Positions 38,335-51,379 of a stretch of DNA of 64,000 nt are shown in pieces; position 1 is the first letter of the stretch; the number at the start of each line of letters is the position of its first letter. The stretch spans positions 6,758,001 to 6,822,000 of the forward strand of contig NC_043001.1 of assembly GCF_006345805.1 (NCBI RefSeq), given 5' to 3'. Under the pieces are notes generated by a model. The model had not been told where the DNA came from and searched no databases. It worked only from the letters and a program-made list of their open reading frames with translations. The DNA is from Octopus sinensis (Eukaryota). The translations under genes and the position numbers were made by a program.

Positions 38335-38717
38335 TGAGAGAGAGAGAGAGAAAGGGAGAAATTAAGTAAGAAAAAAGAAAAGCAAAAAGAAAGTTAGACA
38401 GACAGATAGATGGATAAATAGATACATAGATAGATAGATATTTATGTATATATGTTTGAATGTATACGTATGATTATACGTCTTAAAACGTGTTTACATT
38501 AACAAGTCCTATTATACTAATGCCGTAAATAGGTGTGAGTGACGTAAAATTTATTGTGAATATAGTCTGCGGCTGTCAATTGAATCACATTACGCCTCTT
38601 CCATTCGATCGCTGCCGACATCCTTCAGACTGCGTGGAATTACGACGGAAAATCAAAGAGAGAAAATATATAGAACGGACTCCATTATAGTTTTCGCCAT
38701 TTATTACTGCATGGCAA

Positions 38718-39109
38718 GTGGAGGCGCAATGGCCCAGTGGTTAGGGCAGCGGACTCGCGGTCGGTGGATCGCGGTTTCGATTCCCAGACCGGGCGTTGTG
38801 TGTGTTTATTGAGCAAAAACACCTAAAGCTCCACGAGGTTCAGGCAGGGGTGGTGGCGACCCCTGTTGTACTCTTTCGCCTCAACTTTCTCTCACTCCAC
38901 TCTTACTTCCTGTTTCTGTTGTACTTGTATTTCAAAGGGCCGGCCTTGTCACTCTCTGTGTCACGCTGAATATCCCTGAGAACTACGTTAAGAGTACACG
39001 TGTCTGTGGAGTGCTCATCCACTTACACGTTAATTTCACGAGCAGGCTGTTCCAATGATTCGGATCAACAGGAACCCTCATCGTCGTAACCGACGGCGTG
39101 CTTCCACCC
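38718..39109 (+). mobile_element. SINE family B, tail 2, full length with 12-bp TSD
   Basis: ACTGCATGGCAA at 38706-38717 and 39110-39121. Confidence 0.93.
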
Positions 39110-40189
39110 ACTGCATGGCAAAACTTTACAGGTCAATGATTGATAACTTTCATCTGAATTCAAATTGAAAGCATATAACCGCTGACGATCCAGACTGGCA
39201 TCACACGCACGCGCGCCAGCATACACGCATACACACAACTCTCATAAGTTGATCATTCAACTCTTATATCTGAAAATCTCTTATTCTACGGACTCACCAC
39301 CGTTGCAATACAGAAGTCAACCGATACTATACTAATAAATGGAGTCTAATATCACAAGCACTTTAACAATGGAAGCCGTATGATATCCTTCGTTCAATAA
39401 CAATACGATTCTTGACTATCAGATATCCATCCGCTAGACATTATTAAATATTTTAAGAAATATTTCAATTTATATCGGCTGACTCATTGAATTTATATGT
39501 TATACATACATGAAAGAAATATATATGATTCAGACATCGAGTATAATATTATGGAACATGAATGTATCTGTTGTATTTTCATGATTTTCCCCAAGATTTT
39601 ATTAACTGTTAACGAGTGTTTATGACAAAATTCTTGACGAAATGACATATTATCATATATTTCTATGAAATAGAAGATTGATAAATATAATTATAACAGA
39701 TTATTATATTCCAATGTATTGAAAACGGTTTGTAGTTCGGATATTGTTGTCTTAATACCGGTTATAGTTATATATTTGTATGAGAAATCATTTTGTGATT
39801 TTTGAAATCCTTGGGGGATTTCTCTGCAACTCATTACTTACACTGAACAAATCGCCTTATGCCACTCTGGCAAAACACGACCCACTGGTAGTTTTTCCCA
39901 GCATTCCAGTACATTCGTCTCAATATGGAGCATTCTTTCTCTTCTTGCATGCAGGGATAACACCTTCATGTAAGGTCACATGGCATGGCAATAGATACTC
40001 TCGTCCTCTCGTCACTATACAAGATTGTGGTATTGCTTACACCAGTGTTAGGCAGTGGATTTTACCTCACTGGTGAGTCTATTTTAGTACCCGTTTTCGA
40101 ATCGATGTATATATATATATATATGATGTTTGGTATTTGTGTGAATTTTCTCAAGTGTCATAGTTATATCGCCTTAATATCATACCCAT

Positions 40190-40494
40190 GTGGAGGCACA
40201 TGGCCTAGTGTTTAGAGCAGCGAACTCGCGGTCGGGGGATCGCGGGTTCGAATCTCAGACCGGGCGATATGTGTGTTCATGAGCGAAACACCTAAGCTCC
40301 ACGCGGCTCCGGCAGAAGGTAATGGCGAATTTCTGCTGACTCTTTCGCCACAGCTTTCTCTCACTCTTTCCTCCTATATCTTGCAGCTCATCTGCGACTG
40401 ACCGGCGTCCCGTCCATGTGGGGAACATATACGTCAAAGAAACCGGGAAACCAGCACTTATGGGCCAGGGGTGGCTCGAGAAGGAACAAACAAC
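40190..40494 (+). mobile_element. SINE family B, tail 1, full length with 11-bp TSD
   Basis: ATCATACCCAT at 40179-40189 and 40495-40505. Confidence 0.93.
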
Positions 40495-40519
40495 ATCATA
40501 CCCATAGCTTAATATCGGT

Positions 40520-40728
40520 TTCAAGTTTTGGCACAAGGTCAGAAATCTCGGAGTACTGGGTAAGTGGATTACATCGACCCCAGTGCTCATGTAGTACTTA
40601 TTTGAACGACTCCGAAATTACGAAGAGCAAAGTGGGCCTCGGTGGCATTTGATCTCCGAACGTAAAGACCTTCGAGATGACGGAAGCATTTTGCCTGGTG
40701 AGGTAACGATTCTGCCAGCTCGCCGCCT
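40520..40728 (-). mobile_element. SINE family C (decayed)
   Basis: Ends TAACGATTCTGCCAGCTCGCCGCCT. Confidence 0.75.
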
Positions 40729-41609
40729 CCCTACATCATAACATCAAAGCTATATCAGCTACATTAAATTTGTTAAAACGTATTTTAACGTCTGTATTTC
40801 CATATCTAGTTTTTAGCAAATAAGGTGGCAAATGATATTCGTGTTAATAATCTATGAGACATTTCTTTGTTTATATCGCAACAAAAATTAATCAGCAATG
40901 CAATAATGTCATATAAACTTCATTATCATAGCAGCATGATTATTATTCTTTAACGTGATTTTGATAACTTGGTCATATTAATGAAAATTCGGACCCAATT
41001 AGTAACGAATACAAAAGCTAAATTCACATTATGTGATTCCTATGGCTACGTGACTGGTCACGTGCTCATTCATATTAGGATGATGCAAAAATACATGGTT
41101 TCTACAAAAGCATGTTTTCATAACAGTTGCCTGACTTACATCGTAGTGATTCTATATTTCTGGCGTTTCCAGCCTTTCCATTTATAGGAGTTAATAAATG
41201 CGGGAAACTTTGCTGCTACATTTAACAAATCAAGACCGATCTATGGTCAATACACATCTTTTCTGATTTAGTCCTGTCGCCTCAAGCATTGTCAAAAGGA
41301 AATTAAGTATAAAAGGAAATCACAAATTATTGTCGTAAGCATGGCAGAAAATTAAAAGGAATTAAATTTCCTATAGAAATAAGATTTTCGTATTTTCGTT
41401 TGTAGATATACAGAAATGATTTTGACATCACTAATGTTTATTAATAAAACATAACATTAGATAAGATAAATGCGGTATAATATAACAATAACTTGATTTT
41501 AAAACTTTACAGCATTCGTTATTTTATTAATTACAGCAAATATGTAATTCAGCTGTATATTTAAGAGATGAGGAATTAAGTACATTATATACATTTGACG
41601 GATATTGGG

Positions 41610-41920
41610 TCCTATCTCTTATCTTTTACTTGTTTGACTCATGAGGCAGAAACCATGCTCCAGTGCTTAGGTTCTTTAAGCTTAGTACTAATTCGTTCAG
41701 GCGGTTTGCCAAACTGCTAAGTTACCGGCTGTTGAGCGGTGGTCATAGACACTTTGTCACAAAGGCACAAATACATAGATACATAATTACGTACGAAAGG
41801 CTCTTTTCAGTATTCATCTACCAACTCCATTCGCATGGCTTCGGTCGGCCAAAGTCACTTGCCCTAGATTCCATGCAGTAAGGTCGAACCTAAAACCATG
41901 AGGTTGGGAAACAAACTCGC
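41610..41920 (-). mobile_element. SINE family A (decayed)
   Basis: TTTTACTTGTTTGACTCAT...CATGCTCCAG...GGCTCTTTTCAGT...GGTCGGCC. Confidence 0.6.
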
Positions 41921-42144
41921 AGACGTTCCTAGGGAGTTAATGCTGAGTTTTCTTGGAAATTATTACCATACCGTTATTTGTCTCCCGTGTTCTCCGTTTT
42001 AACATACAATACTCTTGGAAATTTTAATTTTGCTCGGCAAACGCAAACCTCTCTGAGCATATGGCATTATAAAAAAGCCTTCAGTATAAATAGCACAACA
42101 AATAAAAAATATATATATTGATATATAACGAAATTGGGCTAACC

Positions 42145-42340
42145 TTCTTTTGCTTTTCTTGTTTCAGTCATTTGACTGCGACCATGCTGGAGCACTGCCA
42201 TTACTCGATCAAATCGACTCCAGGACTTATTATTTGTAAGCCTAGTACTTATCCTATCGGTATCTTTTTCCGAATAGCTAATCTACGGGGACATAAACAT
42301 ACCAACATCGGTTGTCAAGCGCTGGTGGGAGGGCGTGTTG
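42145..42340 (-). mobile_element. SINE family A 3' half
   Basis: TTGTTTCAGTCATTTGACTGCGACCATGCTGGAGCAC. Confidence 0.75.
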
Positions 42341-42723
42341 CCATTAAAAATGAATCTGGAATATGTGAAATGTATATTTGACCGATTTTGAAAGAATATC
42401 CTATTTTTTTACAAACCTGAACTCATTCTGTATTTAACCTAATGGGTGTTCTATTGGGCTGAAACATCAAAGTATTTCATTCAGTTTGCCGTCAGTTCAT
42501 TTTAGGCTTATGGCTATTTAAGATTTTATAATGTTGTTAGAATGTTCGTTATGTAACAAAATAATATTTCGTCCGTATAACTAATTGCCGTGAAGACATT
42601 ATTGCAGCGGCGAAAACAAAAATGTACGAAAGAAGACAAACTATTTGTATAAGAAGAGTTGAAAGCATATTTTCAGGAAAGGCACGTATTAGAACATAAT
42701 TGAAATATAAAAAACAAGTTTTA

Positions 42724-43082
42724 ATCATTATCAGATTCCTCATCATCGTCCTTATCATCATCATCGTCATCATCATCACCATCATCATCATCATCCTCAT
42801 CGTCATCATCATCATCAACATCACCATCCTCCTCCTCCTCCTCATCATCATCATCATCATTATCAACATCACCATCACCATCATCATCATCATCATCGTC
42901 ATCGTTATCATCTTCATCATCGTCATCATCAGCATCATCATCATCATCATCAACATCATCATCCTCATCATCATCCTCATCATCATCATTCTCATCGTCA
43001 TCATCATCAACATCATCATCATCTTCAACGTCGTCGTCGTCGTCTTCATCATCATCATCATCTTCATCGTCATCGTTATCGT
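42724..43082. repeat. (CAT)n degenerate trinucleotide tract, ~360 bp
   Basis: Direct reading; source of the poly-M, poly-D and poly-I ORFs. Confidence 0.96.
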
Positions 43083-44744
43083 TTATAATCTTACTGCTTG
43101 CTAGAAAAGATTGGACGCTACCACAGATCACGACGACCGGTAACAGTACTGTTTCGAGTACCGGTGCCCCTTGTGGCATGGTTTTGTGCGGTTAGATGCG
43201 CTTTCTATGATAATTACTTTACAGAGTATACTGTCGAAATTTTGAATACAAATTACTTTGAATGGTTTCACTAAAGTTTGAACTATGGTGGTGGAAAACA
43301 AACCGAACACAAAATGCTGGAAAATATTAACATGACTTACACAAAATATATGTTGTTATATGATACAAATGAAAGGAATCTTCATATACGGATACTTAAC
43401 GTACTGATTAAATAAAAGATTTAACAGTGAACAATTTCTAAAAGAAATATGTCTTACATATTTTGGGCACAAACATGCTCTTGTGATTAATTATTTTGCA
43501 TTGCAAGGAAGTCGTTCTGCATTCAAAGCCAATGGGTTAAACGTGAACAAATACCATATAAGTCAGCATATAAAACAATTTTCTCTCCATTTAAGATACA
43601 GAATGAATTCACGTAATCTGAAGCTGCGTGATAGTTCTGTAAAATGTGATGTAATTTTGGCTCGTATATCAGTTATTCTGTTTGTGGATAAAAAAAAAAA
43701 CCATATTGTGAAGAATAATAAATGACATAATACAAACTTATAGACAACATGAACAATTGAATGTGTTTCTGCCTTCTAGGAATCTAAGAAGTTTGAAAGA
43801 GTGGTTGCATGTAATGCGATTCTCTCGGTGGAATGGCATGAATTGCGTAAAGAAGAAAAAAGCTCTAAGTTAATAAAACATAAATTACAAACATAAAATA
43901 ATGACCTAAACATTTTGACCGCAGAATACAATCCTGAGATATATTTCATTATTGGTCAGTACATGAAAAGGCTGAGCAAACTGGGGAAAAATGAAAGAAA
44001 GTAAATTTCGTCTGATAAGCACTCCACTCAAACAAGAAACCATAAAATGTCGCTGTTATTCATGTACAAGAGAAAAGCTATACATCGAGATACTGACTGA
44101 GAATCAGATATTGAATTACAATATATTCTTGTGTAATATATCGGAAGAGGATGATATAAGCTATATGGGAAATCTAAACAGAATCGTATGACAAATATAA
44201 ATGAACTCGAAAATTTGAAATGCAGCCTGAAAAATGTTACAGTGAGAAATTTAGGAATTATTAAACAGCTAAAAGTGCACTGGGCGTACAATTCAAAAGA
44301 AACCGTCTAATCTACAAATTAAATATACGGAACAGGATCCAAAATGTTGCGGCCAACTTTGATTAATATCCATTACGAAATGTACCGCAATTACGAAACA
44401 AATTAGCTGTCACGATAATTAAATGCATTTTAATTGAGTCATAAAGTGTTATCGGCAAGACAAATTACAACCACATAACATGTGCTCAGCAGGATACCTA
44501 TAAACAACATATAAATCCATAGGTAACGAAAATGTGGAAGATGTTAACTAATTTGAAGAGATGTGCAAATATTTAATTTGAGAGAATAAAAAATATAATG
44601 CCATGATACAAAATATTAATTTGAAGGAAGTTTAATTAATATTTGGAGGAAAAAAAATAATGTTTGTTTAGAAATGTCATGAGAATATAGATGAATTATA
44701 AAATTTCCATTGGTTCCTCTTGAGCAAGATATATCGTCAATTGG

Positions 44745-44985
44745 CAATCTGTCGGCTACGACGATAAAAATTTCGGTTTTTCCGATCAAGAGAACAGCCC
44801 ACTTGTGAAATGAACGTGCAAGTGGCTGAGCATTCCACAGACATAATCTTAACTTAATTCTGAGAGCGACTGAGCGTTATACAGAATGCAAGGCGGTTGG
44901 GATGTTTCAATTATAGGTATAACCCATTCTTTTTTGCTGAGTGGATGGGGCAACGTAAAATAAAATGTCTTGCTGTGGAGCAAAA
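44745..44985 (-). mobile_element. SINE family D (CORE-like body + tail 2), decayed
   Basis: Tail 2 is followed by GCTGAGTGGAT.GGGCAACGTAAAATAAAATGTCTTGCT, the reverse complement of a CORE-like GCAAGACACTTTA..CCACTCAGC segment. Confidence 0.6.
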
Positions 44986-45189
44986 CGCATCACAAGGAAG
45001 TTACACATCATAGAAGGATAGAGTGGACTAGAAAGAGAAACTGCAAACTCCACAGAATTGTCACGAAGGATTTTACAAACAATGGACAGAATATGATATA
45101 ACGACGACAATAATCAAGTGACGAACGAGATAATAGTACGTGTGTTTATTTGGCCCCGAAATATTACCATCCCGAAACATAACAATATA

Positions 45190-45383
45190 TATGCACACAC
45201 ACACACACTCACACACACATGCATATATGCATAAATATATATATATACAAATATATATACATACATATATATATACATAAATATATATACATATCATATA
45301 TACATAAATATATATATACACATAAATATGCATATATATAGATATATAGATAGATAGATAGATACATACATATATATATAAAT

Positions 45384-45439
<56 letters not shown>

Positions 45440-45460
45440 ATGCGTGTGTGTGTGTGTGTG
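45190..45460. repeat. Compound (CA)n/(TA)n/(TG)n microsatellite
   Basis: Direct reading. Confidence 0.92.
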
Positions 45461-46009
45461 TCCCTTCGTGTCCCTGTACGTTAGATTTCGTATATGCGTT
45501 GGTGAATGCGTGTATATTTCTGCTTTGGTTTTTCCGTATTCGTCAAATTGCTTCGAAATTATTAATAATCAGTAATATTTTTGAAGCTGGTTTGTTTCGA
45601 AGCTGAAAATTTCAAGCCCCTATCAGTCTATTTTACCATTTAATCTTACCAGTTAAGGGCTACTTCAGTTTGGATATTGCAAGCGGAATAGCTTTATTTT
45701 TCACTTAGATGTAATGAAGTTTCAACTACGTTACAGAAACACTTCTGGCATATATTGTAATATTCTCAATAAAATTGTATCTCACCAATGTTGCTAATGA
45801 ACTTTCTGTAAAATGCCAAGCAAGATAATTAAATTAATAAACGCCCACAGTGATATGAAAATTGTCATCAACGGAAGTAACTGATAATCGAAAATTATTT
45901 TAGAGTAAACGTAGAACCGTAGTGGAGTTACAGTTTATTATGTGAACGGTAGAATTTCGTACAAGTCAAAGGCTTTTTTCTCTGCACGCTCATTAGTCAA
46001 TAAATGACT

Positions 46010-46171
46010 AATAGAAACATAGACAGATAGATGGATAGACAAAGCGACCAATAGACATGCAGATATACACACAGACAGGCAAATAGATAGATGATAGATA
46101 AATGGATAGGTAGATTGATAGATAGATAGATAGATAGGTAGATAGATAGAGAGACAGACAGACAGATAGAT

Positions 46172-46247
<76 letters not shown>

Positions 46248-46248
46248 G

Positions 46249-46323
<75 letters not shown>

Positions 46324-46378
46324 TATAGATATATAGATAGATAGATAGATACATAGATAGACGGAAGGATGGATAGAT
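46010..46378. repeat. (GATA)n tetranucleotide repeat
   Basis: Direct reading. Confidence 0.96.
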
Positions 46379-48061
46379 AAATTTCTGGATGAAAATGTAG
46401 AGTTTAGAAACGAAACAAATGTATTTCGCAGGAAATAATAATGGCGACATTGAGTGAGAAGGACAAAAACTGTCATAATTATTAAAATTGATGAATGGAA
46501 TAAGACAAATTGCGTTGCGCATGAATAATTAAGCGGAGGATTAAAAGAAGTCTAAAGCACTTCGAACGGAAACGACTAGAATCAAGACGAGAGAAAATAA
46601 TTCGATGTAAAAAACATTACCTCTTTATCCCTTAATCTTGAGGGTATGATAGTATCCTGGCAGACTATCTTCAACAGGATCGACCAATAGCGAATACGTC
46701 GATTTGTAGCAATATAGCATATACTGAAATAGTGCTGGTACAGTTTAAATGAAGTGTTTAATAGAATTCTTCTCCAACGCAATCCATGGTTTGGAAATAG
46801 AAAGCACTATCCATCGTGATGTAACGAATAAAGCTTTTCGAAATGAAATGTCAAAGGAATTGCCTGTTTTTTCGAAGAATATAAAAAACCTGTTTACTCA
46901 ACTTTATTATGGTGACCAACTTATAATTTTTTTATGTGAACTACTTTTACTGCAAATGCGCATTTTGAATATTTAATGAAATAACAACATTTAAATCTTA
47001 CTTCATCTTAGAATCGACCATTGTTTATAATTTATAATCAGATACAAATTGTAATCATGTCAAATGTTCATGTTTTTATTTGTTTCCCAGACATATTTCA
47101 ATAAATATTTTGATGGTTTACATTCCTTTGTAGGGAATCTGATAGAAAATACAGAATCACAGCATGAAAAGTTTCTCAGTCGATCTTTCTTACATTTCCT
47201 TACAAATAAATTTTGATCAAAATGTTATTCTAATCTTCTATGTCTTTATCGACTTATCACAATGATGGCTTTGATTGTTTGAGGGATGGTTGGTACTAAT
47301 ATACCCGCAAATTGTGCCACCATCGTACTTTCAGAACATACGATCGACATGGCCGCTAGTGTACAGACCCACATTACATTCCTCTGTTCACATCTAATAA
47401 TGGGCTGCTTTTATGTCTAAAATATATGAAGCTTATTTACCACATTCTCATTGACCACATTCTAACAAGTTTTCCGTCTTCATTATCATGTTAACTTCCA
47501 TCTTTATTCTTTCCTTTACGTTAATAAGAAAATAATTTATTTATACAAAGATTCGATTACTGATTACTGATTACTGATAAATTATGCTGAGCAACTGGTA
47601 AACAACTCCCTGTCAACATTCCAAGATAGAGAGTAGCAATATATTTTAGATAACAATGTATGATACACATTGCCCTTTACTTTGTACGGTTATTATATTA
47701 CGAAAAATTAATGCTTTTGGTTAGCGTTTTAAAAATTAATACTAATCATAACAAAATTAATTATTTTTCAAAGAAAATCGATATTTTCAGTATCCCAACT
47801 AAAAGTTAATGCAATTTTAAATAAATGATATTAGAGATTACATTCCCTTCGTTTCAGACATATATAACGTGCCAAACCGTTTAATATATATATATATATA
47901 TATATAAAATAAATATAAGAGAGTGGTCACTATATGGCTCACTCTAGCACCAGTTAATCCAAAAGGTTTCAACCACTAAAAATACATGTTTCCCATGAAA
48001 GTCAGTACGATTGTTAGCTCACACGGACAGGGCAAATAAAAGATAACAAAAATACAGATTA

Positions 48062-48143
48062 TCTTGGGACAATTGTTTCGCTATTAATGAATTAAATGTA
48101 ATTTTACTTACAAAAAAATCCACTTGTAGCTCATCGGCCAAAA
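48062..48143 (-). ncRNA. Type I hammerhead ribozyme candidate (left-arm copy)
   Basis: Exact reverse complement of 48187-48268. Confidence 0.72.
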
Positions 48144-48186
48144 CTATCTGGATGAAATCCACTCTTGAGTGGATTCATCCAGATAG

Positions 48187-48268
48187 TTTTGGCCGATGAG
48201 CTACAAGTGGATTTTTTTGTAAGTAAAATTACATTTAATTCATTAATAGCGAAACAATTGTCCCAAGA
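48187..48268 (+). ncRNA. Type I hammerhead ribozyme candidate (core CCGAUGA, palindromic helix III)
   Basis: ttttgg-CCGATGA-gcta(43 nt)tagc-GAA-ACAATTGT-C-ccaaga: 6-bp helix I, 4-bp helix II, GAAA, 8-nt palindrome and GUC cleavage triplet at 48260-48262. Confidence 0.75.
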
Positions 48269-48545
48269 TAATCTGTATTTTTGTTATTTTTTATTTGCCC
48301 TGTCCGTGTGAGCTAACAATCGTACTGACTTTCATGGGAAACATGTATTTTTAGTGGTTGAAACCTTTTGGATTAACTGGTGCTAGAGTGAGCCATATAG
48401 TGACCACTCTCTTATATTTATTTTGTAAAAATATTATAATATATTATAAAATATTATAATAATCCAGGTTTCTCGGAGCACTAGGCCACTTGTGTTGAAT
48501 GGATTATACTATTAAATTAGTATCTAATTCTCTCACCCTTATTAA

Positions 48546-48549
<4 letters not shown>

Positions 48550-48620
<71 letters not shown>
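48550..48620. repeat. (TA)n microsatellite
   Basis: Direct reading; preceded by the CACCCTTATTAATTAAT terminus motif. Confidence 0.95.
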
Positions 48621-48626
<6 letters not shown>

Positions 48627-51104
48627 GATACACACACAGGTACACACACATGCGCACGCATACACATGCATATATACATGTACATGTATCTGTATATGCA
48701 TGTATGCATATGTATGTATTAGAGATTAAATATGATACCGCAAATAAGGAGATAATTACTGGGATGTTGGTGTGAAATATAATCATATAAAACTACTGAC
48801 CCATGTGTTAAAACGGTTTCAGCGATAATTATAAAGCGATACGCTCTATATAATAACTTTCTGGCAACGTAGCCATTACAATGGGCGTTGTCATTTGTGT
48901 AGATGCAATGATCATTTGAGGAACGCTGCTCGCTTGGAAATGATAATTTGCTATATTGAACATTTGTGTAATTTATCTCGCATACAAATGTAATTATATC
49001 GCATGTTTTCAGAATAATGTTATGAAATCAACTTCAGACAATGCTACACTCACTGAATCGAGACAATTCGATTTCTATTCTACATTCTATACATTATTTA
49101 TATACGTTTTGTATAATGTATAGCGTTTACATTATAATTACAATGAAGCGCTAAAATTTATGTCCAAGCATCTTCCATCTATATCATTTATATTCACCAA
49201 TTACAATTGAATGTGAATTATTATTATTATTTTCCGGTATTATGTTGTTCACACAATCTCTCATACACTCCACAACACTTAGCATTAAAAACGCCGGCGC
49301 CATTGGCAACGCTGCTGCTTAGATAAATAACTCTATGCGTAATCTCCTACTATCTTTTACTGATAAACATTATTTATTGACTCAAAGCAAGTGAGACAAC
49401 TCTTTGGAATTTCCGACCCACTTTCGTTTATATGTCGGCGGCCATCTCCGTTGCTTGGCCGAATTTTGGTTTGTTTCTTAATGCTTCCTTCTAAATTCAC
49501 ACGATCATATTAAAAGTCCCCCGATGACATCTAATATAACACACTTATTTTGAAACAGTATGTTTAATTTTCTATAGAGGAATTGTATTTTCAAAAATAA
49601 ATCTATGGTATAATGGAGAAAGCTCCCTATTAATTCGATATGTAACAATTACTAAAATTACTAAAAGAAAGCAATTATTAAAGGGTTGACCATCTGGAAA
49701 TTTCCTATAATTAGCATTCCTCAAGTTTCTACAATACTTTTAACTCCAATTTCTCGCAAATTTAAATATTCATTGCATTCACTGCGTCCAATTCATAAAT
49801 TTAAATATTCATTGCATTCACTGTGGAGTATTCCATTCTCATTTGCAAAGCCTCTTACTTTCTCTGTTCACTTTTCATTTGCTATTTGGAAAACTGACAG
49901 TTTATTCTATTAATGTATACGTAATATATTATTTATTATCTATTAATGTATATGTAATGTTGGTACTATTTTGGGGGACGATTTATGGCCGTCTCTCAAA
50001 ATCAACTTCGCTATTGAACAGACACTTATTTTTCGAACCCTGAAATGATGAATTTCGTGTCGCTTTGAGATGAATTTGAACTTAGTACGTGAAGCGCTGG
50101 AAGAAATGTTACGCAGAATTTTATTGGATACGATAACACTTAACACCAAATTATATTTTCATGGCAACTAAGTATATTTACTCCCGTAAGGACATTCATT
50201 ACATTAACTTCCAACAAACTACTTGCAGAGTTGTTTCATTACTCTCCACCCGCTTTAATATATTTTCTTTCTCCTTTCTTTATGAAATCATTTCTCATTG
50301 ATAAAAACTCATATAGGGCGCAAGCGGCTACGTGCTTCAAGTAGCAATATTTTTCTCTATGGAAACCAATGAGGTTTATGTGAATCAAGGATATTGCGTT
50401 AATTTCTCACAGAACTACGATCTGACGTTGCATAAAAACCTGAGGAACCATATCCTTAAATATAATATTTTATCATATCTCAATTTTCTCCGGAGTGTAA
50501 CTGCAACAGTGTTTCAAGAAAATCTATATGGTATACTTTACAGATTATGACGTATCTCAATACTGGTCTCTGCTTTCAAACCAATCCTAAAGTGATTTAA
50601 TAGATATTTAGCTTGCGTTACAAGAAAACTTATGTGAAACCTTTGATCATCAGCATTCTGAAATTGACTATCTTTATTTACATTATTTACAATATTTACA
50701 TATGGCGGATATTTCTTATGGTGTTTGTTGTTAACACAAGATGAGGACAAATATCCGTGAAATGTAAATAATGTACATAATGCCTCATCTCTTAAATATA
50801 GAGCAGCATTGACTATCTTTGTCATCGTTTAAAAACTGACCAATGACCACCGTATAAAGTGGCAGCAATTAGGAGTTTCATGAAAAGAAATGAGATTGAA
50901 CTTCGCGACGGGGAGTCTATGTTGCAGCTTCTCAAGGAATATTATTTCTCAAGTTAAGGTTTTCTAAATGTATGGTTATGCAATCGTACCCGAAATTAGT
51001 ACCCGATGATATGTGACATTAAGTTAATTAAATCAAATGTAACATAAGGTGAAATGCATTGTAGTCTCGCATATATATCTCTACCTCAAATATATACCAA
51101 CCTA

Positions 51105-51240
51105 CTCCGCCGAGGTCGACATTGCCTTTCATCTTTTGGGGTCGATAAATTAAGTACCAGCTGCGTATTGGGGCCGATCTAATCGACTCCACCTTTCCTA
51201 AAAATTCAACTCTTGTGACTAGAGTAGAAAAGAATATATA
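51105..51240 (+). mobile_element. SINE family C (5'-truncated)
   Basis: CCGCCGAGGTCGACATTGCCTTTCATCTTTTGGGGTCGATAAATTAAGTACC. Confidence 0.82.
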
Positions 51241-51379
51241 CCAACGTACGTTTGTTCGCGCGTGTTTATATATGTGTATGTGTGTCTGTCTGTTTGTGTG
51301 TGTGTGTGTGTCTGTGTGTATGTGTATACCAGTTTATATTTGGTCTTAATTTTTGTTTCAGTTTTAGAAAAGTAATTTT

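Larger units (their letters stand above)
47906..48424. repeat. Near-perfect 519-bp palindrome (head-to-head pLTR-like arms)
   Basis: Arms 47906-48164 and 48167-48424 with a TT loop. I found only one substitution and one 1-nt indel. (TA)n lies immediately to the left. Confidence 0.96.

Noticed and set aside
35723-40260. tRNA-like sequences with A and B boxes
   Set aside because: They are SINE heads: no complete cloverleaf or acceptor stem, and each continues into a repeat body with tail and TSD.
49758-49823. 27-bp direct repeat with 39-bp period
   Set aside because: Ordinary two-copy local slippage duplication.
50538-50825. 95-aa minus-strand ORF
   Set aside because: AT-rich, with no motif and no splice or homology support.
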